64,000 nt of DNA from Candidatus Australimonas brisbanensis (lineage in GTDB: Bacteria; Chloroflexota; Dehalococcoidia; Lucifugimonadales; Australimonadaceae): contig JAYQTA010000009.1 of assembly GCA_038147155.1 (NCBI GenBank), forward strand, positions 18,283 to 82,282. The letters are read 5' to 3'. Of the stretch, positions 38,187 through 47,776 are shown piece after piece. Under the pieces are notes generated by a model. That model saw only the letters and a list, made by a program, of their open reading frames with translations, did not search any database and had not been told where the DNA came from. Both the position numbers and the translations under genes were made by a program. Position 1 is the first letter of the stretch. Every line of letters starts with the position of its first letter.

Positions 38187-39931
38187 GGCGTCGAGCGCTT
38201 GAGGGCGTCTGCCTCGGCCAGCAGCTCGCGGGCGGCCCCACCCAGGCTGGCGGAATCACCGCCCAGCAGCGCGGCAACCTCGGCACGGCGCCCCTCGGCG
38301 TCCAGCACCTCGGCCCCGGAGACGGTGCGCTCGCCGTCGGTGGCCTTGGTCACGCGGTAGTGGCGGTCGGCGAAGGCGGCGATCTGCGCCAGGTGCGTCA
38401 CGCACAGCACCTGCGCCCCGTGCCCCAGTGCCCACAGCTTGCGCCCCACCACCGCACCGGCGCGCGCGCCCACGCCCGCGTCCACCTCGTCGAACACCAG
38501 CGTGGGCACCCCACCGCCCGCCGCCAGCGCCCCCTTGAGCGCCAGCATCAGCCGCGCCGTCTCGCCCCCTGAGGCCACGCGCGCCAGGGGGCGCAGCCCC
38601 TCGCCGGGGTTGGTCTCCACCCGGAACTCGGCATCGTCCACGCCCCGGCTCCCGAAGGCCAGGGTGCGCCCACCGGGGCAGGGGAGCCCAGACGGGTCAT
38701 CGCGCTGGCCCAGCGCCACGGCGAAGCGCACCCGCCCCAGCCCCAGGTCGGCCAGCTCCGCCGCCACGCGCGCCTCCAGTGCGCGGGCTGCGTCGGCGCG
38801 GGCGCTGGAAAGTTGGCCTGCCAGCAAACCGGCATTCTGGGATGCGCTGGCCGCCTCACGCTCCAGCCGCTCGCGCAGCGCACCGGCATCGCCCGCCGCC
38901 TCCAGGCCCGCACGGGCGCGCTCGGCGAAGGCGAGCACCGCTTCCTCGGTGGCCCCGTACCGGCGCTTGAGGGAGTGCAGGGTGGCGATGCGCTCTTCGA
39001 TGGCCTCCAGGCGGCGGGGGTCGGCCTCCAACCCATCGGCGTGGGCGTGCAGCTCGTGCGCGGCCTCCTCCACGCCCGCGCTCGCCGCCTCCAGCGCCTC
39101 TGCCTGGCGGGCCAGCGCCCCGGTGGGGTCGGGTACGCGCCGCAGTGCCGCTAGCGCCTGGCCGATCAGGTCGGCGGCGTTCTGTCCCCCGGCGTACAGC
39201 GCCTCGTAGGCGGCGGCGCACGCCTCGCCCACCTCCTGGGCGGAGGCCAGCACCGCACGCTCCTGCGCCAGCGCGGCCTCCTCGCCGGGCTGCACCTGCG
39301 CCGCGTCTATCTCCCCCACCTGGAAGGCGAGCAGGTCCGCCTGCTGGGCCGCCTGACGCGCAGCTTCTTCGTGCCCGGCCAGCGCCTCGCGCGTCGCCCG
39401 CACCGCGCGCACCGCCTCGGCCACGCCCGCGCGCTGGGGGCCGAGGCCTCCGGCTGCGTCCAGCAGGGCCAGTTGGGTGCGCCCCTCCAGCAGGGAGAGG
39501 TGGTCGCCCTGGCCGTGGATGTCCACCAGCAACGCGCCCACCGCACGCAGCGTGCCCACGGGCACCGTGCGCCCGTTGACCCGCGCCACGGTGCGCCCAT
39601 CGGCGCTCACCTCGCGGGCCAGCGCCAGCACGCCGTCCTCGTCCAGTTCGATGCCCAACGACTCCAGCGCCGCGGCCCAGGCCGGGTCGGCAGGGGGCAG
39701 GTGAAAGACGGCCTCGGCCCCGCCCCGCTCGGCACCGGCGCGCAGCAGCTCACGCCCCGCGCGTGAGCCCAGCACCAGTTCCAGCGCGTCCACCAGGAGC
39801 GATTTGCCCGCGCCCGTCTCGCCGGTGATGACGTTGAGCCCCGGTCCCAGTTCCAGGCGCGTTGAGGCGATGACCGCCACGTTGCGGACGGACAGTTCGG
39901 TGAGCAGCGCCTGGGGGCGGGTGGGCGGCAT
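38183..39931 (-). CDS. recN: DNA repair protein RecN
   Basis: ITGETGAGKS, DIHGQGDH, ASGGETARLMLALK, FDEVDAG, VTHLAQIA; ATG 39931. Confidence 0.96.
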   Translation of the reverse strand: MPPTRPQALLTELSVRNVAVIASTRLELGPGLNVITGETGAGKSLLVDALELVLGSRAGRELLRAGAERGGAEAVFHLPPADPAWAAALESLGIELDEDGVLALAREVSADGRTVARVNGRTVPVGTLRAVGALLVDIHGQGDHLSLLEGRTQLALLDAAGGLGPQRAGVAEAVRAVRATREALAGHEEAARQAAQQADLLAFQVGEIDAAQVQPGEEAALAQERAVLASAQEVGEACAAAYEALYAGGQNAADLIGQALAALRRVPDPTGALARQAEALEAASAGVEEAAHELHAHADGLEADPRRLEAIEERIATLHSLKRRYGATEEAVLAFAERARAGLEAAGDAGALRERLEREAASASQNAGLLAGQLSSARADAARALEARVAAELADLGLGRVRFAVALGQRDDPSGLPCPGGRTLAFGSRGVDDAEFRVETNPGEGLRPLARVASGGETARLMLALKGALAAGGGVPTLVFDEVDAGVGARAGAVVGRKLWALGHGAQVLCVTHLAQIAAFADRHYRVTKATDGERTVSGAEVLDAEGRRAEVAALLGGDSASLGGAARELLAEADALKRSTP

Positions 39932-39937
39932 GGGCCG

Positions 39938-39943
39938 ATTATA
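39938..39943 (-). promoter_or_regulatory. Perfect -10 TATAAT 6 nt before the recN ATG (leaderless), overlapping the EamA stop codon
   Basis: Minus strand TATAAT-cggccc-ATG. Confidence 0.7.
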
Positions 39944-40816
39944 CGGCGCGTCTGCCCTCGGCCCGGGCGGCCACCACCGCACCGCCCAGTATCAGCACGG
40001 CCCCCGGCGCCAGCACCCAGCCGGGCACCTCGCCCAGCACGGGCACGGCCAGCAGCGTGGCGACCACTGGCTCCGCGCGCACCGCCAGCGTCACTGTGGT
40101 GGCGGAGATGTGCGCCAGCGACCAGTTGAGCAACGAGTGGCCGATGACCTGCGGCACCAGCGCCACCAGCCCGATCCACAGGTAACTGGCCGGTTCCAGC
40201 CCGGCCAACGGGCTGCGGGCGGCCAGCGCCAGTGCCAGCAGCACCAGCGCGGCCACGGTGTTCACCACGGTGGAGTAGGCCAGCACCCCCATGCGGGCGC
40301 GCACGCGCCGCCCCACCAGCAGGTAGCCAGAGACGGTCGCCGCACCCACCAGCGCCAGGGCATCGCCCGCCAGGTGGCCCTCCCCGCCCGTGGAGTCCAA
40401 CGCCAGGACGCCGCCTCCCGCCATGGAGAGGGCCACGGCCCCCCACATGAGGCGTGAGGGGCGCTGGTGGAGGAACACCGCCTCACCCAGCGCCACGAAC
40501 ACCGGCGTGGTGGTCACCAGGAACACGGCATTCGCCACGGAGGTGAGGGAGAGGGAGGAGATGAACGCGGCGAAGTGGGCCGCCAGCAACAGGCCGGAGC
40601 CCACTAGGGGGCGCGCATCGGCCCGGCGCAGGGCGCGCAGCCCCGCGCGTTGCCAGATGAGGGTGGGCAGCGCGATGAGCAGCGCCCCCAGGCTCATGCG
40701 CAGCGCGGCAACCGAGAGGGGAGGCGCGTCGGCCAGGCGGATGAACACCGCCGAGCCGACACCGCCGCCACGCCCACGGCGAGCCAGAGGACGGACCGGG
40801 AGCGGGCTTGGCCCAC
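39939..40816 (-). CDS. EamA/DMT transporter with an apparent -1 frameshift near the N-terminus
   Basis: GTG 40816 gives MGQARSRSVLWLAVGVAAVS, then a frame switch near 40757 to SAVFIRLADAPPL; LAAHFAAFISSL, QVIGHSLLNW. Confidence 0.8.
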
Positions 40817-40819
40817 CGC

Positions 40820-42137
40820 CTAGCCCTGGCGGGCCATCAGGCGGGCCACCTCGCCCACGTTGGGCGCCCCGTCCAGCGCCCACACGGCCTTGCGCAGCGC
40901 CTCGGTCTGCGCCGCGCCCAGCACCTCGGCGGTGAGTGCGGTGTATTGGCCGTGAGCACATCGTCCGGCATGGGGTTGGAGGGGAGCCGGTGGCGTGCTC
41001 CATGGGTCTCCATGGTGCGCCCGTCGGTGAGGCGTATCGCCAGGTACACTTCATCCTCCTCGATGCCCTTCTCCGGTTCGCCGAGACCTTGTCGCGCAGG
41101 GCGCTGATGACCGGGTCGGCCACCTTGGCGTCGGAGAACTGGGCATCGTGGCCCGCCCCGTCCACCAGCGCTGCGGCGCGCGGTGCTGGAAGGAGACTGC
41201 CCTCCAGGCCCCGTCGGGCTCCGGGCGAGTTCATCAGCTCCAGCACCAGCGGGTTCACCCGTGCGGTGGCCGCCACCTGCTCGGCCTTCAGGTTGTGCTC
41301 GTTGCGCAGGCGGATCACCGCGTCCTGGATGGGGTGGGAGACCACGCCGTTGGCGTAGGGCTTGAGGCCGTTGTTGCCCAGCTCCCAGTGCTCGCCCAGC
41401 CGCCCGTCAGCTGCGCCTCGTCGCCCATTGGGGAGAGCACGGCCCAGAAGCCGCGCCGCCCGCCGATGATGTCGTCAGCGGCCGTGAACCAGGCCTGCGC
41501 CAGCTGCGCGGCCTGCAGGCCGTTGGAGGCGGCCTTGGCGGCGTGCAGCGCCTGGCGTCGGAACCAAACACCTCACGCACGCCCGATGCCTGCGTCCCGG
41601 CGGCGCCAGGGCGTACACCAGTTGGCCCTCGTCCAATCCCAGCAGCCGCCCGCGCCGGCGGCGTCATCGCCGGCGGTGCCGGTGATGTGCCAGCCCGCGT
41701 CGTAGTGCCAGGGTGAACGGACATGGCGATGCGGCAGGCGGCCTCCGCGCCCAGGGCGAAGGCGGCCAGGGCATCGCGCCCTGACGCGCCGGTCACCTCG
41801 GCGGCGGCCAGCACCGCGGGCCACACGGGCGCCGTGGGGTGGAGCACCGTGGGGAAGTGGGTGTCGTCGTAGTCCTGCAGAGTGGGCGGCGTAGCCATTG
41901 ATCAGAGCGGCGTTGAAGGCGCTGGTGCGCAGCCGGAACCGATGGCCGTGGCCTTCCCGCTGGTGCCCTCGGCGCGCGCCCACTCGGTGAGGAGACCACG
42001 GGCTTCTGCACCGAGGCGGAGACGGAGACGGCCAGCATGTTCAGCAGGGTGCGCTTGGACTCGTGGAGCACCCAGTCCGGCAGCGACTCGCTGCGGGCGG
42101 AGATGAGGTAGTCGGCCAGGGTGCGGGTGACGGACAC
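40820..42137 (-). pseudogene. MmgE/PrpD family protein with several frameshifts as sequenced
   Basis: Fragments in different frames: HESKRTLLN, NAALINGYAAH, DYDDTH..LHPTAPVWPA, WHITGTAG, LKPYANGVVSHP; GTG 42137 after GGAGG. Confidence 0.8.
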
Positions 42138-42202
42138 GGTGCGCCTCCGGAGGGGAACTGGGGATGCGCGCGAGTATAGCGGGCGAGGCATGGCCTCGCA
42201 TC

Positions 42203-42345
42203 AGCGGGGGTTCTCCTTCAGACCAGCGCAGCGTAGCGAGCGGGGCTGCAGGCCTTATGTTGAGCGCCCGGCAGGGCGCGGAGACAGTAGCCCCCAAAGG
42301 GGGCGCAGGGGAGCCCCCTGGAACGAGCGAGCGCAGTGAGCGGGG
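42203..42345. repeat. Modular palindromic intergenic repeat, copy B (inverted, partial)
   Basis: 42227-42327 is a near reverse complement of 29643-29745, bounded by (C)GAGCGA-type motifs. Confidence 0.8.
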
Positions 42346-42403
42346 TATGGCGAGGGCCCCGGCGCTGGCCAGCCTGCTCCTGCTCGGTGTTGGTCAGCCT
42401 GCG

Positions 42404-42928
42404 CTAGGAGGCGGCGGCGAGGCGGTCCAGGTGGTCCTTGTGGTCCTTGGGCTCGCGGGGCGCCAGGGCGCGCTGGCCGGCCTGCACCGTCTCCAGCAGC
42501 TTGGCGATCTGCCCCTCCAGCTCATCCAGGGAAGCGCGGGCGTACTCGTCGGCCCCGGCGCGCCGGCGGCGAGCCTCCTGCTCACCGGCCTGGATCAGCC
42601 GCTGGGCCTTCTGCTCAGCCTCGGCGACGATCTCCTCGCCCCGCTTGCGGGCGGACTTGATCAACTCCGACTCCTCCACCAGCGCGCGGGAGTCCTGCTC
42701 GGCGGTGTTGCGGATGCGCCGGGCGTCCAGCATCGTCTGGTTGATGATCTGCTCGCGCCGCTCCAGCACCTCGGAGGCCTCCGAGATGTTGCGCGGGATG
42801 GCCAGGCGCAGCTGGTCGATGACGTCCAGCAGCCGCTCGGCGTCCACCATGGCCATGCCGGTGATGGGCATGCGCTTGGCGTGGGATGCCATGTTCTCCA
42901 GCTTGTTGATCAGTTCCAGGATCTCCAT
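42404..42928 (-). CDS. DivIVA/SepIVA-like coiled-coil protein (conserved coaD neighbour)
   Basis: MEILELINKLE...AKRMPITG...GADEYA; heptad-rich; ATG 42928 after AGGAGG. Confidence 0.75.
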   Translation of the reverse strand: MEILELINKLENMASHAKRMPITGMAMVDAERLLDVIDQLRLAIPRNISEASEVLERREQIINQTMLDARRIRNTAEQDSRALVEESELIKSARKRGEEIVAEAEQKAQRLIQAGEQEARRRRAGADEYARASLDELEGQIAKLLETVQAGQRALAPREPKDHKDHLDRLAAAS

Positions 42929-42996
42929 ACCGTTCCTCCTTGCCCCGTGGGGCGGCTGTACCCTCTCTCCCTCTCCGACCTGACCGGTGCGGCCCG

Positions 42997-43482
42997 CTAG
43001 GCCGGGTGGCCTAGCCTGGCCGCCAGCGCCGCGATGACGTTGGGTGGCGCGAGGCCGTCGATGTTCCCGCCCAACCGCGCCACCTCCTTGATGCGGCTGG
43101 CGCGGACGAACTGGTACTGGATGTCCGTCATGAGGCAGACCACGTCCAGGTCTGGGGCGAGGCGCCGATTCATGAGGGCCATCTCGAACTCGTACTCGAA
43201 GTCGGCGTTCATGCGGATGCCCCGCACGATGGCGCTGGCCCCGTTGGCCCGGGCGCAGTCCACCAACAGGCCGTGGAAGCTGGTGACCGAAACGTTGGGC
43301 GTGCCCTTGACCGCCTCCTGGAACAGGGCGATGCGCTCGGCGGTAGAGAAGAGCGTCGCCTTCTCCGGGGCCTCGAACACCGTGATGATGACCTGATCGA
43401 ACAGGCGCGCGGCGCGCTGCAAGATGTCCAGGTGGCCCATGGTCACCGGGTCGAACCGGCCGGGGTAGATCGCGACGGTCAT
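42997..43482 (-). CDS. coaD: Phosphopantetheine adenylyltransferase
   Basis: AIYPGRFDPVTMGHLDI, IVRGIR, DFEYE; ATG 43482 overlaps the rsmD stop. Confidence 0.96.
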   Translation of the reverse strand: MTVAIYPGRFDPVTMGHLDILQRAARLFDQVIITVFEAPEKATLFSTAERIALFQEAVKGTPNVSVTSFHGLLVDCARANGASAIVRGIRMNADFEYEFEMALMNRRLAPDLDVVCLMTDIQYQFVRASRIKEVARLGGNIDGLAPPNVIAALAARLGHPA

Positions 43483-44048
43483 GCCGCTCGCTCCTCCACG
43501 TCCTGCTCCATCTGGTAGAAGGCGAGGCTCGCATCGCCGTAGCGACGGTCCTGCACCCGCACCAGCCGCCCGCACTGGGCCGGGGCCTCCACGCGGGAGG
43601 CGTGCCCACATACCAGCAGGCCCCCCTCGCTCAGCAGTTCACGTTCGCCGATGCGCTCGAGCACCATGGCAGGGAAGGGCTTGGTGTAGGGCGGGTCCAT
43701 GAGCAGGAAGTCGAAGCGCCGGTCCAGGCGCTCGACCGCCTGCTCGACGGGCGATGCGATGAGTTGGGCGCGGCGGGCCGTCCCGGTATCGCGCAGGTTC
43801 GCCCTGATCACGTCCACCTGCCTGCGGTCCATCTCCACGAAGTCCACGTGCTCCGCTCCCCGGCTCAGTGCCTCGATGCCCAGCGCCCCGGTGCCCGCGT
43901 ACAGGTCCGCGCACACCGAGCCCTCGATGCCGTAGGGGGCGAGGATGCTGAACAGCGCACTGCGCACCCGGTCGGTGGTGGGTCGCACGCCGGGGGCCTT
44001 CGGCGAGTGCAGGGGCCTGCCCCTGGCGGCACCGCCGGTGACCCGCAC
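43479..44048 (-). CDS. rsmD: 16S rRNA m2G966 methyltransferase
   Basis: RVTGGAARGR, RPTTDRVR, DLYAGTGALGIEALSRGA, DPPY; GTG 44048. Confidence 0.94.
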   Translation of the reverse strand: MRVTGGAARGRPLHSPKAPGVRPTTDRVRSALFSILAPYGIEGSVCADLYAGTGALGIEALSRGAEHVDFVEMDRRQVDVIRANLRDTGTARRAQLIASPVEQAVERLDRRFDFLLMDPPYTKPFPAMVLERIGERELLSEGGLLVCGHASRVEAPAQCGRLVRVQDRRYGDASLAFYQMEQDVEERAA

Positions 44049-44413
44049 GCCGTCCTCCCCACGGACCGGAGCCCGTCTCCCACGGCAACGATTAAGCACA
44101 ATCTTAGAAAAAGTATGAAACTGGGTTCAATGAGATTGAGAGGCACTTGCGGGGCTGTTGGTGGGCGCCGACGCCGTGAACAGCCCATTGAAGCGCACGT
44201 CAGCGCTAACGCTCACTCACCGCTGCTGCCCCGTGCTGACGTGTGCGCGACGCTGCGGGTGCCCCGGACGGCGGGGGTGATGTACAATAGCCACCGCGCA
44301 AGGCTGGTCGGACGCACGGCGCCGGGGCCCCCTTCAGGGCTCGCCGGTGCCTATCTCTGTAGGGCGGCGTTCTTGCCTGGGACGCACCGCTCCCCACGAT
44401 GCGAGGTGTGCCC

Positions 44414-44893
44414 ATGCCACAGGAAGAGACCTACCTCACAACGAAGGGCCTGCGTGCCTTGGAGGCGGAGCTGGAGGAGCTGCGCACCGTTCGTCGCGAA
44501 CAGGTCGCGGGACGCATCCACGAGGCCAAGGAGGTCGGCGAGCTGGAGAACGCCGAGTACGAGGAGGCCAAGAACGAGCAGGCCTTCGTCGAGGGGCGCA
44601 TCCAGGACCTGGAGTTGATGATCCAGAACGCGGTCATCATCCCCGACCACGGCAAGGGCGGCGCAAAGTCCGACGTGGTGGAGCTCGGCTCCGTGGTCAA
44701 GGTGCAGGCGGCCTCCGCCAAGCGCGCCGACACCTACACCATCGTGGGTAGCGCCGAGGCCTCCCCCGCCGATGGGCGCATCTCCAACGAGTCCCCCCTG
44801 GGCCGGGCTTTGCTGGGCAAGAAGGCGGGCGACCAGGTGGAGTTCTCGATCCCCTCGGGCACCCAGCGGGTGAAGATCGTCTCCGTCCGCTAG
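44414..44893 (+). CDS. greA: Transcription elongation factor GreA
   Basis: LTTKGLRALEAEL, GELENAEY, ISNESPLGRALLG. Confidence 0.96.
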   Translation: MPQEETYLTTKGLRALEAELEELRTVRREQVAGRIHEAKEVGELENAEYEEAKNEQAFVEGRIQDLELMIQNAVIIPDHGKGGAKSDVVELGSVVKVQAASAKRADTYTIVGSAEASPADGRISNESPLGRALLGKKAGDQVEFSIPSGTQRVKIVSVR

Positions 44894-44941
44894 CCCGCGC
44901 CATCACCCCGGCGGGGCACCCCGCCACCCTATGGAGGGCCC

Positions 44942-46483
44942 ATGCCCCAGCGTGGTGAAGAGCTCCTGCAGAGCCGCCGCGCCAAGTTGGCGCGCCTGCG
45001 CGAGCGGGGCATCGACCCCTACCCCCCTCGCTTCAAGCGCACCCATGACACGGCGCAGGCCGCTGCCGCCTTCAACGCGGCGGAGGGTGCGGGCGGCGCG
45101 CCTGTGCGCGCGTCGGTGGCCGGACGCCTCACCCGCGCACGCAACATGGGCAAGGCCGCGTTCCTGGACATCGAGGACTCCGCCGGACGCCTCCAACTCT
45201 TTCTGCGGCGCGACGCGCTGGGCGAGGGCTACGCCTTGCTCGATGAACTGGACCTGGGCGACTTCGTGGGCGCCTCCGGCACCATGATCCGCACCCGCAT
45301 GGGTGAGGTGTCGCTGGAGGCCGAGTCGCTCACGTTCCTGGCCAAGGCGCTGCGCCCGCCGCCCGGCAAGTTCCACGGTCTGAAGGACGTGGAGCGCCGG
45401 TACCGGCAGCGTTACCTCGACCTGATCGCCAACCGTGACGTGCACGAGACTATGCGCGCGCGTTCGCGCATCATCTCCGGCATCCGCCGTTTCTTCGATG
45501 GGCGCGGGTACCTGGAGGTGGACACGCCGGTGCTGGTGCCGGTGCCCGCCGGGGCCATGGCCCAGCCCTTCGTGACCGAGCACCTGGCCCTGGGGCGCCA
45601 ACTCTTCCTGCGCATCGCTACCGAGCTCTACCTCAAGCGGCTCATGGTGGGCGGGATGGACCGGGTGTACGAGATAGGCCGGGTGTTCCGCAACGAGGGC
45701 ATCGACGCCGACCACAACCCGGAGTTTACGCTCCTGGAGTCGTACGAGGCCTACGCCGACTACAACGACATCATGGCGCTGGTGGAGGCGCTGGTGCCGC
45801 AGGTGGCGCAGGAGGCGGTGGGCACCACCAGCGTGGAGTTCGAGGGCCAGCCCATCGAACTGGCCGGCCCGTGGCCGCGCCTGGGCCTGTACGATGCGGT
45901 GCGTGAGTACGCGGGGGTGGACCTGAACCACCACCCTGACGCACGCTCCCTCGCCGATAAGATGCGCGAGCTGGGCGTCCCCGCCACCTACGCGGAGAGC
46001 CGGGGGCGGCTCATCGACAAGCTGGTGGGCACCTACGTCGAGCCCCGCCTCATCCAGCCGACGTTCCTGGTGGACTACCCGGTGGAGATGTCCCCCCTGG
46101 CCAAGGCGAGCCCGGACGACCCGCGCTACGCCGAGCGGTTCGAGGCCTTCGCTGCGGGCATGGAGATCGCCAACTCCTTCACGGAGCTGAACGACGCCGA
46201 CGTGCAGCGCCAGCGCCTCAGCGACCAGGAGGAGCTGCGCAAGCACTATCAGGGTGAGGACCTGGATCGGCTGGACGAGGACTTCCTGCGCGCCCTGGAA
46301 CACGGTATGCCCCCCACCGGGGGCCTAGGCATCGGGATAGACCGGCTGGTGATGTTGCTCACGGGGCAGAAGACCATCCGGGACGTGCTGCTCTTCCCCC
46401 AGGTGCGTGAGGCAGCGCCCGGGGCGCCAGAGGACGACCTGGACGACGAGGACGAGGAGGACGGGGCCGATGCTCGCGCTTGA
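44942..46483 (+). CDS. lysS: Lysyl-tRNA synthetase (class II)
   Basis: RYRQRYLDLI, LRIATELYLKRL, FRNEG, HNPEFT, GMPPTGGLGIGIDR. Confidence 0.97.
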   Translation: MPQRGEELLQSRRAKLARLRERGIDPYPPRFKRTHDTAQAAAAFNAAEGAGGAPVRASVAGRLTRARNMGKAAFLDIEDSAGRLQLFLRRDALGEGYALLDELDLGDFVGASGTMIRTRMGEVSLEAESLTFLAKALRPPPGKFHGLKDVERRYRQRYLDLIANRDVHETMRARSRIISGIRRFFDGRGYLEVDTPVLVPVPAGAMAQPFVTEHLALGRQLFLRIATELYLKRLMVGGMDRVYEIGRVFRNEGIDADHNPEFTLLESYEAYADYNDIMALVEALVPQVAQEAVGTTSVEFEGQPIELAGPWPRLGLYDAVREYAGVDLNHHPDARSLADKMRELGVPATYAESRGRLIDKLVGTYVEPRLIQPTFLVDYPVEMSPLAKASPDDPRYAERFEAFAAGMEIANSFTELNDADVQRQRLSDQEELRKHYQGEDLDRLDEDFLRALEHGMPPTGGLGIGIDRLVMLLTGQKTIRDVLLFPQVREAAPGAPEDDLDDEDEEDGADARA

Positions 46484-47759
46484 GTTGCTGCGCCGCAGTC
46501 CTGAGGCCATCACCCGTTCGCTCACCCGCCGTGGCGAGGACACCGGCGTCGTGGCGACGCTGGCGGGCCTGGACGAGCGCCATCGGGCGGTACTGACGGA
46601 ACTGGAGGAGTCACGAGCGCAGCGCAATGAGGCCTCCAAGGCCATCGGTGCGCTGATGCAGGCGGGCAAGGCCTCCGAGGCCGAGGCGCAGAAGGCCGCC
46701 GTCCGTGAGCTGGGCGAGCGGATGAAGGCGCTTGAGGAGTTTGAGCGCGCCTTGGGCGAGGAGTTGCGCGCCGGGATGCTGCGCCTGCCCAACATCGTCT
46801 CGGACGAGGCCCCGGACGGCCTGGACGCCGAGGCCAACGTGGTGGCGCGCACCGAGGGCGAGCGGCGCTTCTACGACTTCCCGCTGCGCCCCCACTGGGA
46901 GCTGAGCGAGAGCCTGGGCATCACGGACTTCGAGCGTGGCGCGCGGGTGTCCGGGCGCATGTTCGCGGTGTACGCAGAGACGGGGGCGCGATTGCAGCGG
47001 GCGCTGGTGCGCTGGATGCTGGACCTGCACCGTGAGAAGCACGGGTACCGGGAGTGGGCGCTGCCCCTGCTGGTGCACGGGGAGAGCCTGGTGGGCTCCT
47101 CCAACCTGCCCAAGTTCGCCGACGCCCTCTACAAGGACGGCGAGGAGGACCTGTGGCTGATCCCCACCGCTGAGGTGCCCCTCACCAACCTGCACCGCGA
47201 TGAGATCCTCGAGCCCGGCACGCTGCCGCTGCTCTACATGGCGGACACCCAGTGCTTCCGCCGCGAGCGCGCCGCCGCGGGCTCCCAGGTGCGCGGGCTC
47301 AAGCGCCTGCACCAGTTCGAGAAGGTGGAGATGTACCACTTCGTGGAGCCGCAGGACTCCCCCGCCGCGCTGGAGGCGCTGGTGGAGCACGCCTCGGACG
47401 TGGTGCGCGGGCTGGGGCTGCCCTTCCGCATCCTGGAGCTGTGCGCGGGGGACATGAGCTTCCCCTCCACCCACTCCTACGACGTGGAGATCTACACCCC
47501 CGCCTCCGACGAGTGGCTGGAGGTCTCCTCCTGCTCCAACTGCACCGACTTCCAGGCCCGCCGCGCCAACATCCGCTTCCGGCGTGAGGCGGGCGGACGC
47601 ACGGAGTTCGTCCACACGCTCAACGGGTCGGGCCTGGCGCTTCCGCGCGTGCTCATCGCGCTGCTGGAGACCTACCAGCGCCCCGACGGCTCGGTGGCCC
47701 TGCCCCCCGTGCTGGTACCCTACATGGACGGCCAGCAGGTGCTGGAGCCGCTCTCCTAG
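46470..47759 (+). CDS. serS: Seryl-tRNA synthetase
   Basis: LIPTAEVP, CFRRE, RLHQFEKVE, EVSSCSN, HTLNGSGLA; ATG 46470. Confidence 0.97.
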   Translation: MLALELLRRSPEAITRSLTRRGEDTGVVATLAGLDERHRAVLTELEESRAQRNEASKAIGALMQAGKASEAEAQKAAVRELGERMKALEEFERALGEELRAGMLRLPNIVSDEAPDGLDAEANVVARTEGERRFYDFPLRPHWELSESLGITDFERGARVSGRMFAVYAETGARLQRALVRWMLDLHREKHGYREWALPLLVHGESLVGSSNLPKFADALYKDGEEDLWLIPTAEVPLTNLHRDEILEPGTLPLLYMADTQCFRRERAAAGSQVRGLKRLHQFEKVEMYHFVEPQDSPAALEALVEHASDVVRGLGLPFRILELCAGDMSFPSTHSYDVEIYTPASDEWLEVSSCSNCTDFQARRANIRFRREAGGRTEFVHTLNGSGLALPRVLIALLETYQRPDGSVALPPVLVPYMDGQQVLEPLS

Positions 47760-47776
47760 CCCATCCCCCCAGCGAG

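Noticed and set aside
44290-44941. T-box riboswitch ahead of lysS/serS
   Set aside because: No T-box bulge consensus or terminator/antiterminator visible; lysS follows greA after only 48 nt
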